64,000 nt of DNA. Origin: Methanotrichaceae archaeon (GTDB lineage Archaea > Halobacteriota > Methanosarcinia > Methanotrichales > Methanotrichaceae). The notes beneath the pieces are model-generated. The model was not told where the DNA came from. It ran no database searches and saw nothing but the letters and a program-made list of their open reading frames with translations. The position numbers were made by a program, and so were the translations under genes. Positions 10,548 through 19,110 of this stretch are shown piece after piece. The stretch is taken from NCBI GenBank assembly GCA_963748825.1, contig CAVVKN010000004.1, positions 83,739 through 147,738 of the forward strand. Reading direction: 5' to 3'. Numbering within the stretch: position 1 is the first letter of the stretch; every line of letters begins with the position of its first letter.

Positions 10548-10671
10548 AAAGGCAAAATTGGAGAGAAGCGGAGAACGATTCGTCTCACTCAAGGTGAAAC
10601 GACGGCGGCGCACCCGCGCGGCAAGCTGCGGGGCATTACGTTTAAAAAAAAGGATAAATATGCACGATGAT

Positions 10672-10790
10672 CACACCGGATTAAAGACACACTCCGGATT
10701 AAAAATCAGTACTTACTCAGACATTTTATAGTTATGAACTCATGAAATGGAAAATTTAGGTGCAAAGATGGTTACGCACCCAGGATTAAG
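10672..10790. repeat. Three imperfect 14-bp direct repeats CAC(A/T/C)C(C/A)GGATTAA
   Basis: cacaccggattaaa 10672-10685, cactccggattaaa 10690-10703, cacccaggattaag 10777-10790. Confidence 0.6.
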
Positions 10791-10932
10791 ATACAAGGTT
10801 AATCTAAGAGAGAGCATTTAAGAGAAGATATGTTCCGCTCAGTGGGAAAACTATTTTTGTGGGTAGTTGCAACAACTCCTTTGGCCTTAATGATTTAAGG
10901 AGAAGAGTGGGCGTAAAGCTTCAGGTGAATCT

Positions 10933-11331
10933 ATGGACTTAGAAATAAAGATCCTGCTGGTGGAGGACAATTTAGAGGACGCAGCCGTAACAAAGCGCGT
11001 GTTAAAGCATAATAAGCTGAATAATGGTCTGGTTATTGCCACCAGCGGCAAAGAGGCCCTGGCAGCGCTGCAAAATAAGACTAAGGCAGATCTGCCCCAG
11101 CTAATCTTGCTGGATATCAACCTGCCCGATATCAGCGGCATAGATCTTCTCACCTGCATAAAAAAAGATGAAAATCTTCGCAACATACCCGTGGTCATTC
11201 TTACCGGATCCAATGTGGATCAAGATATTCAGAAGAGCTACGATCTGGGAGCGGGCAGCTACCTGGTCAAGCCCATCTCCAATGATGCCTTGATGCTGGT
11301 CATCGAGAAGCTATTTTATCCCAGAGGCTAG
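10933..11331 (+). CDS. Single-domain response regulator receiver (CheY/Rcp1-like)
   Basis: ILLVEDN, LILLDINLP, VVILTGS, YLVKP. Confidence 0.93.
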   Translation: MDLEIKILLVEDNLEDAAVTKRVLKHNKLNNGLVIATSGKEALAALQNKTKADLPQLILLDINLPDISGIDLLTCIKKDENLRNIPVVILTGSNVDQDIQKSYDLGAGSYLVKPISNDALMLVIEKLFYPRG

Positions 11332-12165
11332 ACGCCTCGCTACATCAAGATTCCCTCTATCATCCCGGCGAGCATCCACCGGCGTCTCCAGGATCATAGC
11401 CAGGTCGGCAAGAGCGGGATGAACAAGAATTGCGCGAAAGCCCTCCTCGCCTATCTGCCCCAGGCCAATATGCTCATGCCGGTCCAGATGCGACCCGATG
11501 GCTCCCTTGCAATCGTTGAGATGGATGAGCATAAGCAACTCTAGTCCGATGCGATCCTGAAACTGATCCAGCGTCGTCTGCAATGCACGAGAGGATCGCA
11601 GGTCGTATCCTGCGGCATGAAGATGACATGTATCCAGGCAAACGCCCAACCGCTCGCGTTCGGCTGGCAGGGATTGCAGGATGGCAGCTATATCGGAAAA
11701 CGTGCTACCCATGCTGTTCTTTGTGCCGGCGCTGTTCTCCAGAAGCAAGACGGTATCGCTATCGCACTCAGAAAAGACAGTCTGCAAAGCAGCTACAATC
11801 CTCGCGAGCCCACTCTCCCGGCCCCCGCCCAGGTGACTTCCCAGATGAGTTACAAGATAAGGTATGCCTAAAGCCTGGCAGCGCTCCAGCTCCCTCGCGA
11901 GAGCCTCTACCGATTTGGCATAAACCTCTTCCTTTGACGAGGCAAGGTTGGGCAAGTAAGGCATATGGTCAACGACAGGAGAGAGGCCGGACTGCCTTTG
12001 CAGAGCGAGAAAGCGCTCCACAGATTCATCTGGGATGGGATTTGAGCTCCATTTGCGAGGATTGGAAGAGAAGATCTGAAAGGCATCACAACCTTTTTCG
12101 CGAGCACGAGAAACGGCCCTGTCCACGCCACCAGCAACTGAAACGTGCACGCCTAATCGCACCAT
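11311..12165 (-). CDS. nfo: Endonuclease IV
   Basis: GVHVS, QIF..NP, H.PY..NL, H.GSH, LEN.AG, CLDTCH, HLND, DRHEHIG.G, ILETP. Confidence 0.95.
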   Translation of the reverse strand: MVRLGVHVSVAGGVDRAVSRAREKGCDAFQIFSSNPRKWSSNPIPDESVERFLALQRQSGLSPVVDHMPYLPNLASSKEEVYAKSVEALARELERCQALGIPYLVTHLGSHLGGGRESGLARIVAALQTVFSECDSDTVLLLENSAGTKNSMGSTFSDIAAILQSLPAERERLGVCLDTCHLHAAGYDLRSSRALQTTLDQFQDRIGLELLMLIHLNDCKGAIGSHLDRHEHIGLGQIGEEGFRAILVHPALADLAMILETPVDARRDDRGNLDVARRLASGIK

Positions 12166-12269
12166 GTTCCAGGTCTCAAGAGTGCTTCTCAGATCAAACT
12201 TGCCCTGAGACCAGGCCCATGGATAAATTGATTATGGCATATATCGTTGTTAGGGCACAGGGCCCCGAG

Positions 12270-12338
12270 TTGCGACGCCGATGATGATACAGCATGCTCT
12301 GATGCCATGATGAGCCCTATGAGTTCTGAGGCGCGCAA
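12270..12338 (+). ncRNA. Box C/D guide sRNA, predicted guide for Cm34 of intron-containing pre-tRNA-Met(CAU) (sR-tMet-like)
   Basis: C ATGATGA 12281-87, D' CTGA 12299-302, C' ATGATGA 12307-13, D CTGA 12326-29; terminal stem TTGCG(A)CGCC/GGCGCGCAA; D guide GCCCTATGAGTT. Confidence 0.88.
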
Positions 12339-12413
12339 AAATATACGCAAATAAGAAAAGTCAAAAGAAGAAAGGAAAGAAAGCTCGTTGGTTTTGCCGT
12401 TCTTTCTGAGCCC

Positions 12414-12722
12414 TCAGGTGTTCATGCGAGCTTTTGCCCATAAGCTAATATTGTCGATCAGATTCAGTTCTACGATCTTTCGAGTATCGTAAAGCATCTC
12501 TTCCACCTCATGCATTGTGAAGCTCTTCTTCCCACCCTTCTTATCGACAACCTCGAGGACCGCGTTGGGCGTGGATTTGCTTATCTCCCGCATCTGCCCT
12601 GCCAGAACTGAGCAGGCATTTTTTAGATATTTTATGGAGTAGTCTGATGTAGACTTCCTATCGGTGAGGTTCTTATTAACCTCCTTGATGGACCAGCATA
12701 TGGTGAGGATATCTCTATACAT
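12414..12722 (-). CDS. Hypothetical protein (102 aa)
   Basis: Clean ORF with GGGTG upstream; no recognised motif. Confidence 0.7.
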   Translation of the reverse strand: MYRDILTICWSIKEVNKNLTDRKSTSDYSIKYLKNACSVLAGQMREISKSTPNAVLEVVDKKGGKKSFTMHEVEEMLYDTRKIVELNLIDNISLWAKARMNT

Positions 12723-12825
12723 CTCGGCACCCTGCAGGAGAAAGGGCCAGAGGATATTTAAACGCTGTGGAGAGCCAAGCGCTAAATGAGGGAAATGAAA
12801 TAAAATAAAATATAGAATAAAAAGG

Positions 12826-13033
12826 TGGGGCTGGTGAGATTCGAACTCACGATCGACGGGTATCTCCGATACTGAAGTGCATACAGCCGGAAATCGGTGG
12901 CTGATAACAGCTCATTTCAGTGCTCCAACGGATCATCAACGATCTCCCCGTCGAGAGATCTCAGTAGACCCGTTGCTCATCATTAAATTATACCGCTGGA
13001 GCCCATCGCCCTACCTGGCTAGGCCACAGCCCC
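12826..13033 (-). tRNA. tRNA-Trp(CCA) with 134-nt intron at 37/38 (intron 12862..12995)
   Basis: GGGGCTG acceptor; ATGGG-CT-CCA-G|intron|A-CCCGT; BHB motif (CTCC/GGAG helix, AGC and ATA bulges); GTGAGTTCGAATCTCAC T-arm. Confidence 0.96.
12917..12983 (-). ncRNA. Box C/D guide RNA encoded in the tRNA-Trp intron (predicted Cm34 and Cm39)
   Basis: C ATGATGA 12983-77, D' CTGA 12964-61, C' TTGATGA 12939-33, D CTGA 12920-17; guides complementary to the Trp anticodon arm. Confidence 0.92.
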
Positions 13034-13046
13034 GGTCGTTTTAAAG

Positions 13047-13120
13047 CGGGCCGAGAGGGATTTGAACCCCCGACCTAAAGGTTAAGAGCCTTTCGCTCTG
13101 CCTGACTAAGCTACCGGCCC
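13047..13120 (-). tRNA. tRNA-Lys(CTT), probably co-transcribed with tRNA-Trp (13-nt spacer)
   Basis: GGGCCGG acceptor; AAAGG-CT-CTT-AA-CCTTT anticodon arm; GGGGGTTCAAATCCCTC T-arm; TATATATA about 25 nt upstream. Confidence 0.96.
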
Positions 13121-13289
13121 GGACTCATCCAAGGTTGATGCCATATATATACGTTTCGGGTAACGGTTTGCCTGAGAGGCCCGGCGCATTCATTTAATAA
13201 TAAACGCAAAGGAAGAGATAAGCAAACCTCCACAGAAGTAAATTCAAAGAGTCCAGGAAAAAAGAGATAATAGGAGCAGCAAACGCTCC

Positions 13290-14615
13290 CTAAAAAGTAT
13301 TGATATACCTTTCAACCTCCCAGGGATGGACGTAGGTATTGTAAGCCTCCCACTCCAAAAGACCCAGGCGCATGATATTCTCAAAAACATGCTCGCCCAA
13401 AGCCCCGCGTACGACACTATCCGCTTCCAGATAGTCCAGGGCCTCCTTAAGATTGGCTGGCAGGGTCTTGATGCCCATGGCTTTTCGCTCGGCGGGGCTG
13501 AGATGATAGACATTCAGATCAACCGGCTCTCCCGGATCGATGCCCCTCTTGATTCCGTCCATGCCTGCCGCCAGGATTACGGCAAAGGTCAGGTAGGGAT
13601 TACAGGTGGGATCTGGTGAGCGGAACTCTATGCGTGTGGATAAACCCCGGCCGGCTGGAATGCGAATTAGGGAGGAGCGGTTCGGCCCGGACCAGGTGAT
13701 GTAGACGGGTGCCTCAAAGCCTGAGACCAGCCGCTTATAAGAGTTGATAAGGGGATTAGCAATAGCCGTTATAGCACAGGCGTGCTCGATCAAGCCCCCT
13801 ATAAAGAACCTGGCCAGATCGCTAATGCCTGTTTTCGCCTCGGAATCGAAGAAAGCATTCTCCTCTCCTCTAAATAACGAGATATTGGCATGCATTCCCG
13901 TGCCGGCTGCACCGTAAATGGGCTTGGGCATGAAAGTGGCGCGCAGGCCCTCTCTCATGGCAATTGTCTTGGTGACAAACTTGAAGGTCACTACTTTGTC
14001 GGCGTTCTTCAGAGCATCGTCATAAACAAAGTCGATCTCGTGCTGACCCTTGGCAACCTCGTGATGAGAGGCCTCGATGGTAAAGCCCATCTGCGTCAGC
14101 GCCCGAACGATCTCGCGGCGCACATCCTCGGCCAGGTCTACGGGACCGAGGTCAAAGTAGCCGCCAAAGTCGTGCGGAATGGTAGCTGAGCCGCCATTCT
14201 GCTTTTCGAAGAGGAAGAACTCCAGCTCCGGGCCGACATTCATACTAAAGCCCATCTCCTGGGCTTTTTTGAGCTGCTGGCGCAAGACATGACGAGGATC
14301 GCCCTCGAAGGGCTTTCCGTTGGGCAGATGCACATCGCAGATCAGCCGGGCCTCGTTAGAGCCGTCCTTAGAGCGCCAGGGCAGGAGGCTGAAGGTGGAC
14401 AGGTCTGGTTGCAGGACCATATCAGACTCCTGGATTCTGGCAAATCCCTCAATGGAAGAGCCGTCAAAAGATATGCCGCTCTTCAAGGCTTTTCCTATCT
14501 GGGTGACGGGAATGGCCACGTTCTTAACAATTCCCGATATATCCGTGAACTGTAGCCGGAGGAACTCTACGTTCTTCTCCTGGACGATTTTAAGGACCTG
14601 CTCCTGAGAGTACAT
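13290..14615 (-). CDS. glnA: Glutamine synthetase type I
   Basis: FDGSSIEGF, GPELEFFLF, HHEVA.GQHEI, TFMPKP, NSYKRLV.GFEAP, NRS.LIRIP, EFRSPDP. Confidence 0.98.
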   Translation of the reverse strand: MYSQEQVLKIVQEKNVEFLRLQFTDISGIVKNVAIPVTQIGKALKSGISFDGSSIEGFARIQESDMVLQPDLSTFSLLPWRSKDGSNEARLICDVHLPNGKPFEGDPRHVLRQQLKKAQEMGFSMNVGPELEFFLFEKQNGGSATIPHDFGGYFDLGPVDLAEDVRREIVRALTQMGFTIEASHHEVAKGQHEIDFVYDDALKNADKVVTFKFVTKTIAMREGLRATFMPKPIYGAAGTGMHANISLFRGEENAFFDSEAKTGISDLARFFIGGLIEHACAITAIANPLINSYKRLVSGFEAPVYITWSGPNRSSLIRIPAGRGLSTRIEFRSPDPTCNPYLTFAVILAAGMDGIKRGIDPGEPVDLNVYHLSPAERKAMGIKTLPANLKEALDYLEADSVVRGALGEHVFENIMRLGLLEWEAYNTYVHPWEVERYINTF

Positions 14616-14753
14616 TTATTATCATCTCCTGCGTGACCCGCGGAGTCATTTATAAACAGGAATCCGCGAGAGTGAAATATAAAGCCCATATGCTAGGGCG
14701 TGATTACATTTGCGAATCTGGCTCAATCTGGTGTTTTAAATAACTATCCGATG

Positions 14754-14767
14754 GGAAAGGCTATTCC
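14754..14767. promoter_or_regulatory. Putative NrpR nitrogen operator GGAA-N6-TTCC
   Basis: GGAA-AGGCTA-TTCC in the divergent glnA/purD intergenic region, about 140 bp upstream of glnA. Confidence 0.6.
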
Positions 14768-14847
14768 GGCTGCATTAACTTCTGGTGCCGCAATTCTTGC
14801 GGCAGCAATTACGCTTATCTAGGGTTATACTATTCATAAGGGATTTG

Positions 14848-16269
14848 ATGTCCGGCAAAAGAGTTTTCGTGGTGGACGCGGGAGGCAGAGGAAATGCCAT
14901 AGCCCATGCCTTTGCCCGGAGCGGCAGCGTGGAGACGGTATTTGTGGCTCCCGGCAACGCAGGCAGCGAGATGATAGAGAAGTGCCGCCTGGCAACAGTG
15001 CAAGGCAAGCCTCCCAAGACCATCTCGGAAATGCTCGCTTTTGCAAAACAGGAAAATATAGACATGACCTTTGTCGGGCCGGAGGGCTACCTGTCCGATG
15101 GGATTGTCAATGTCTTCCAGGAGGAAGGCCAAAGAATCCTGGGCCCCAAGAAAGAGGCAGCCATCCTGGAGAACAGCAAGTGCACGACCAAAGATCTTCT
15201 CAAGAGCCTGAATGTTCCCGTGCCGCGCTGCGAGAACTTCGATGACCCGGCAGCTGCCAGGGAGTACGCCCATCAGTTCTGCTCGGAAAATTCCGGTCAG
15301 GGCCTGGTGATCAAGGCGGACGGTCTGGCGGCTGGAAAGGGCTCCGTGGTTTGCTCCACTGAAGAGGAGGCCCTGTCTACCATCGAGCGCATCATGGTCA
15401 GCCCCAAGCTCTTTGGCAAGGCAGGAGAGAGAATCGAGATTGAAAAGCGGCTGGAAGGGCGCGAGCTGATGTTCTTTGCCCTTAGCGACGGCAGGACGGC
15501 TTTGCCGCTGGAGTCGGCTCTTGACTACAAGCAGGCTTTTTCCGCAGACGAGGCAGTGGCCGTTCGGCTCTTCAATAAGCTCTCCAATAACCCCAATTTT
15601 GAGAACAATCCCAATACGGGCGGTATGGGTGGCTTCTCGCCTCACCCCTGGCTGGATGAGGAGCTGACGGAGAGAATAATGAATAAAATTGTCATGCCTA
15701 CTGTGCACGGCTTTCGGGAAGCCACAGGGCACGAATACGTGGGCGTGATCTACTTCGGGCTCATGATCTCGGAAGAAAGGGATCCGTCCGTGCTGGAGAT
15801 CAATGTGCGCCTGGGTGATCCCGAGACGCAGGTCATTCTGCCTCGCCTGGAGACGGACTTCTTCCAGCTATCTGAGGCCGTGCTGGACAGAAAGCTCGGA
15901 ACGGTGCCGCTGCAGTGGTCGCGTGACTTCTGCTTGGGGATTTGCGCCACATCTGGCCGGGCCATCAAGCCCCACTCCTCCGGAGGAGGCGGAGAGCGGC
16001 CCGGCTATCCGGGAGAGCACTACACCAATATGCCCATCTCCGGATTGGAGAAGGTGGACCCGGAGGTTCTGGTCTACCACAACGGCACGGCCTTTGGCCA
16101 GGATGCCACGGGCAAGAGAAGGCTGTTTACCACGGGCGGGCGGGTGCTGACCCTAGTCGCACGCGGCCGCAGCCTGGGCGAGGCCAGGATCAAGGCCTAC
16201 GACAACATCAAGCGGATCCGTTTCAATGGAATGCGCTACAGAAAGGACATAGGCCAGGGCTATCTATGA
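14848..16269 (+). CDS. purD: Phosphoribosylamine-glycine ligase (divergent, with insertions)
   Basis: APGNAG, VGPE, VIKADGLAAGKG, PNTGGMG, LEINVRLGDPETQ, GYPG, GGRVL, YRKDIG. Confidence 0.92.
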   Translation: MSGKRVFVVDAGGRGNAIAHAFARSGSVETVFVAPGNAGSEMIEKCRLATVQGKPPKTISEMLAFAKQENIDMTFVGPEGYLSDGIVNVFQEEGQRILGPKKEAAILENSKCTTKDLLKSLNVPVPRCENFDDPAAAREYAHQFCSENSGQGLVIKADGLAAGKGSVVCSTEEEALSTIERIMVSPKLFGKAGERIEIEKRLEGRELMFFALSDGRTALPLESALDYKQAFSADEAVAVRLFNKLSNNPNFENNPNTGGMGGFSPHPWLDEELTERIMNKIVMPTVHGFREATGHEYVGVIYFGLMISEERDPSVLEINVRLGDPETQVILPRLETDFFQLSEAVLDRKLGTVPLQWSRDFCLGICATSGRAIKPHSSGGGGERPGYPGEHYTNMPISGLEKVDPEVLVYHNGTAFGQDATGKRRLFTTGGRVLTLVARGRSLGEARIKAYDNIKRIRFNGMRYRKDIGQGYL

Positions 16270-17240
16270 TAATATTCGGTCTGGAAGGGACGGCCTGGAA
16301 CCTTAGCGCCGCCCTGGTGGACGAGCAGGGTGTGATCTATGAGAAGAGCGCCACCTACACCCCGGCCAAAGGCGGCATCCACCCTCGCGAGGCGGCGCAG
16401 CATCATGCAGAGTACATGGCCAAGGTAGTGGGAGAGGTGCTGGCTCACTCTCGCGAGCAGGGCTTGAAGATCGATGCCATCGCCTTCTCCCAGGGTCCGG
16501 GACTGGGGCCGTGCCTGCGCACCGTGGCTACCGCGGCGCGCACCCTCTCTCTGCGCTTTGCCGTACCCCTGGTGGGAGTCAATCACTGCGTGGCGCACAT
16601 TGAAGTAGGCAAATGGCAATCAGGGGCGCGTGACCCTGCGGTCATTTACGTGAGCGGGGCCAACTCGCAGGTGCTGGCACTGCGCCAGGGCCACTATAGA
16701 ATTTTTGGCGAGACCCTGGACATCAGCGTGGGAAATGCCATAGACAAGTTCGCCCGCTCCGTGGGCCTCGCCCACCCCGGCGGGCCCAAGGTGGAGGAGC
16801 TGGCCCGCGAAGCGAAGCAGTACATCCCCCTGCCCTACACCGTGAAGGGCATGGACCTCTCCTTCTCCGGCCTGTCCACAGCGGCCACTGAGGCAGCCAA
16901 GAAGCATGATCTGGCCGATGTCTGCTACAGCCTGCAGGAGACTGCCTTTGCCATGCTGGTGGAGGTCACAGAGCGGGCCATGGCCCATGCCGAGAAGAAG
17001 GAGGCCATGCTGGTAGGAGGCGTGGGCGCGAACAAGCGCCTTGGCGAGATGCTCAATATCATGTGCGAGGAGAGAGGTGCCAGGTTCTTTTTGCCGCCGC
17101 GAAAATTCATGGGCGACAACGGCAGCATGATCGCCTACACTGGCCTGATCATGCTAAAAAGCGGGGCGACAACGCCGATCGCGGAGTCGAAGGTGCGACC
17201 GGGGTACAGGACGGACGATGTGGCGGTGACGTGGGCGTGA
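16266..17240 (+). CDS. kae1: t6A tRNA threonylcarbamoyltransferase Kae1 (stand-alone, not fused to Bud32)
   Basis: True start ATG 16266 overlaps purD stop; GLEGTAW, GGIHPREAAQHH, SQGPGLGPCL, VNHCVAHIE, GETLDI, GDNGSMIA. Confidence 0.95.
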   Translation: MIIFGLEGTAWNLSAALVDEQGVIYEKSATYTPAKGGIHPREAAQHHAEYMAKVVGEVLAHSREQGLKIDAIAFSQGPGLGPCLRTVATAARTLSLRFAVPLVGVNHCVAHIEVGKWQSGARDPAVIYVSGANSQVLALRQGHYRIFGETLDISVGNAIDKFARSVGLAHPGGPKVEELAREAKQYIPLPYTVKGMDLSFSGLSTAATEAAKKHDLADVCYSLQETAFAMLVEVTERAMAHAEKKEAMLVGGVGANKRLGEMLNIMCEERGARFFLPPRKFMGDNGSMIAYTGLIMLKSGATTPIAESKVRPGYRTDDVAVTWA

Positions 17241-17407
17241 ATGCGGCGCGCCCAAGGCCAAAAAAATCCTGTTTCTTCACCCCACCTATAATCAGCCATG
17301 ACCGATGTCAACGGTCCATAGAATTCGGTTTCTGCAAACGATCGCCCTTCCGAGCACGTTATATTTATCAGCAGTATTGATTATAGATTCGTTTGTCTGT
17401 AATTGTA

Positions 17408-17577
17408 TGATGCAGAAAAACGGAGGGGGTCATATATCCTCGCGAAAAGTTCGTGCCATTCTCGACCTTGTGAGAATAGATCTCGTATTCGGCGCAGGGA
17501 TATTTGTCGTAGCCGGCGAGATTTTTGGGCTTGGTGAATTACCTCCATTCAACCAGGCGCCTCCAGGCTTATTCTGA
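17408..17577 (+). pseudogene. Possible N-terminal fragment of a UbiA-family prenyltransferase
   Basis: KVRAILDLVRIDLVFGAGIFVVAGEIFGLG resembles the first TM of archaeal UbiA/DGGGP-synthase-like proteins; ends after about 55 codons. Confidence 0.35.
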
Positions 17578-17718
17578 GCAATACGATAGAAGAAGGGCGG
17601 GTTCAGATTCGCCGACTGTACCTGACCTGGGGCATGTTTGTTGTCATATTCATATTTGCCAACCTCATTTGACTGCAAACCGGATCAGTCTCGTCCATTT
17701 GCTCTGGTGCCCTGAGAT

Positions 17719-18171
17719 TCACATAGCCGCGTAGCTGAAATTGACCGCGGGATCGATCAGCCCAAATCCCTGCACATCCAGCACAATTGAGCCGTTGTAA
17801 GCGGTGGAGAGAAGCTCCAGTCCCTCTGTGCAGTTGATCTCCTGGAAGGCAAAGCCTCCCGAGACAAAGAATACGGCATGATACTCGTCAAAGTCGCCAC
17901 TGGCGGGAAACGACAGCCTCCAGCCAGCGCCGTCTTTCTCGACCAGAGAATCACAAACCGCGTAAAGCTGGCCGTTATCCTCGTAGATTTTATCCGAGGT
18001 GTTCAGGAAGGCAAGACCAGAGATGTCGTCCACATTGCCCACGACCAATGCTTTCCCAGGAGTGCCATCCACATAGATATTTAAAAAGAGCTGCCCGCTA
18101 TCGCCCAGGGCAGTCGACGAAAAGAGGATAAGCAATGCCATAGCCACCCTAGCCGTCTTTTGGGATGCCAT
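17719..18171 (-). CDS. Secreted protein, stand-alone paralogue of the ectodomain of the HTH regulator at 20007..21236
   Basis: Signal peptide; QLFLNIYVD..GKALV.G..DDISGLAFL aligns with QSLILNVYLD..GKALVTG..EDVSGLAFL. Confidence 0.75.
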   Translation of the reverse strand: MASQKTARVAMALLILFSSTALGDSGQLFLNIYVDGTPGKALVVGNVDDISGLAFLNTSDKIYEDNGQLYAVCDSLVEKDGAGWRLSFPASGDFDEYHAVFFVSGGFAFQEINCTEGLELLSTAYNGSIVLDVQGFGLIDPAVNFSYAAM

Positions 18172-18213
18172 CAAAGCACCTCTAAAAGAGCGAGATGATA
18201 GGAAGCTATCTAC

Positions 18214-18870
18214 TCATCTCCTCATCATCATTTTATTTTCGCCATGCCGGGGTGGCTCCATGTCAAGCAGCAGAGAGTACATGGCCGCAAGCGGTCCCTG
18301 CTCGATACGAAGCTCGCCCTTTCCGATCATGCCCCCGTCTGAGGGAGAAATGATCATAGAGATGCTGCCCAAGATAGATGTATCATTGGCGGTAGATAGC
18401 GGCCCCAAATCGGCCAGATCGGCCTTCAAGGCGGTCGAATTATTGCCGGAAGCAGATATGGCTATGTTGATGAGAGGATAGATGCTGCGATCCAGAATCA
18501 TGCTGCCACGATTAGTCTTCTCACCCTCTTTTGCCCGGATGTCATTCCTGATCTCCTCCAGACTCTTGTTGGAGGCCAGAAGACCTCGGATCTGGTCGGG
18601 CTCCAACGGCATGATGGTCTCAACCTTCAGCCGGATGATATGAGACTCATTGCCTAATATTGCAAAACCATGACCACTAAACAGGACCGCCACGGGAACG
18701 CCCATGGGAAAGCCCGCATTTTGGAGGGGAATCATCTCCCCGTTCCGCAGACACATCCCCTCACAGGGCTCATCTATCTTCTGGTCGTCATTGGGCTCGG
18801 CTAGAGACATGCCGGACAGACCGATAAAGAGCAAACTCGCCAGCCCCATACATAAAATTCTTTTCATCAT
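18214..18870 (-). CDS. Secreted hypothetical protein (beta-rich; C-terminal HGENKMMMRR)
   Basis: Signal peptide MKRILCMGLASLLFIGLSGMSLA; co-oriented in cluster. Confidence 0.7.
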   Translation of the reverse strand: MMKRILCMGLASLLFIGLSGMSLAEPNDDQKIDEPCEGMCLRNGEMIPLQNAGFPMGVPVAVLFSGHGFAILGNESHIIRLKVETIMPLEPDQIRGLLASNKSLEEIRNDIRAKEGEKTNRGSMILDRSIYPLINIAISASGNNSTALKADLADLGPLSTANDTSILGSISMIISPSDGGMIGKGELRIEQGPLAAMYSLLLDMEPPRHGENKMMMRR

Positions 18871-19110
18871 CAAAATTCGCCTGCCCAAACGGCCCAACAG
18901 CTTTCCCCGAATTCACAATTCATTAGTTATAAGATTATTTCCAGGGCAAATCTTCGCGGCCCCAATACAGTAGCACTAATATAGAGAAGACGAGCCGGCA
19001 TATCTAGGCCGGCCGCCTTTTTTTCCTTTGGCTGGGAGGGGACGCACCATCATCAATTTCGCAAATGGAGAAGGGCAAAAAAGCCCGGCAGCCACCAACG
19101 CTTGATTAAA

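Noticed and set aside
10672-10790. Repeats as a mini-CRISPR
   Set aside because: Units are 14 bp with irregular spacing and there are no cas genes.
15942-16265. N-terminal 108 aa of the 432-aa ORF suggesting an extended Kae1
   Set aside because: It is an alternate frame inside purD; Kae1 homology starts at ATG 16266.
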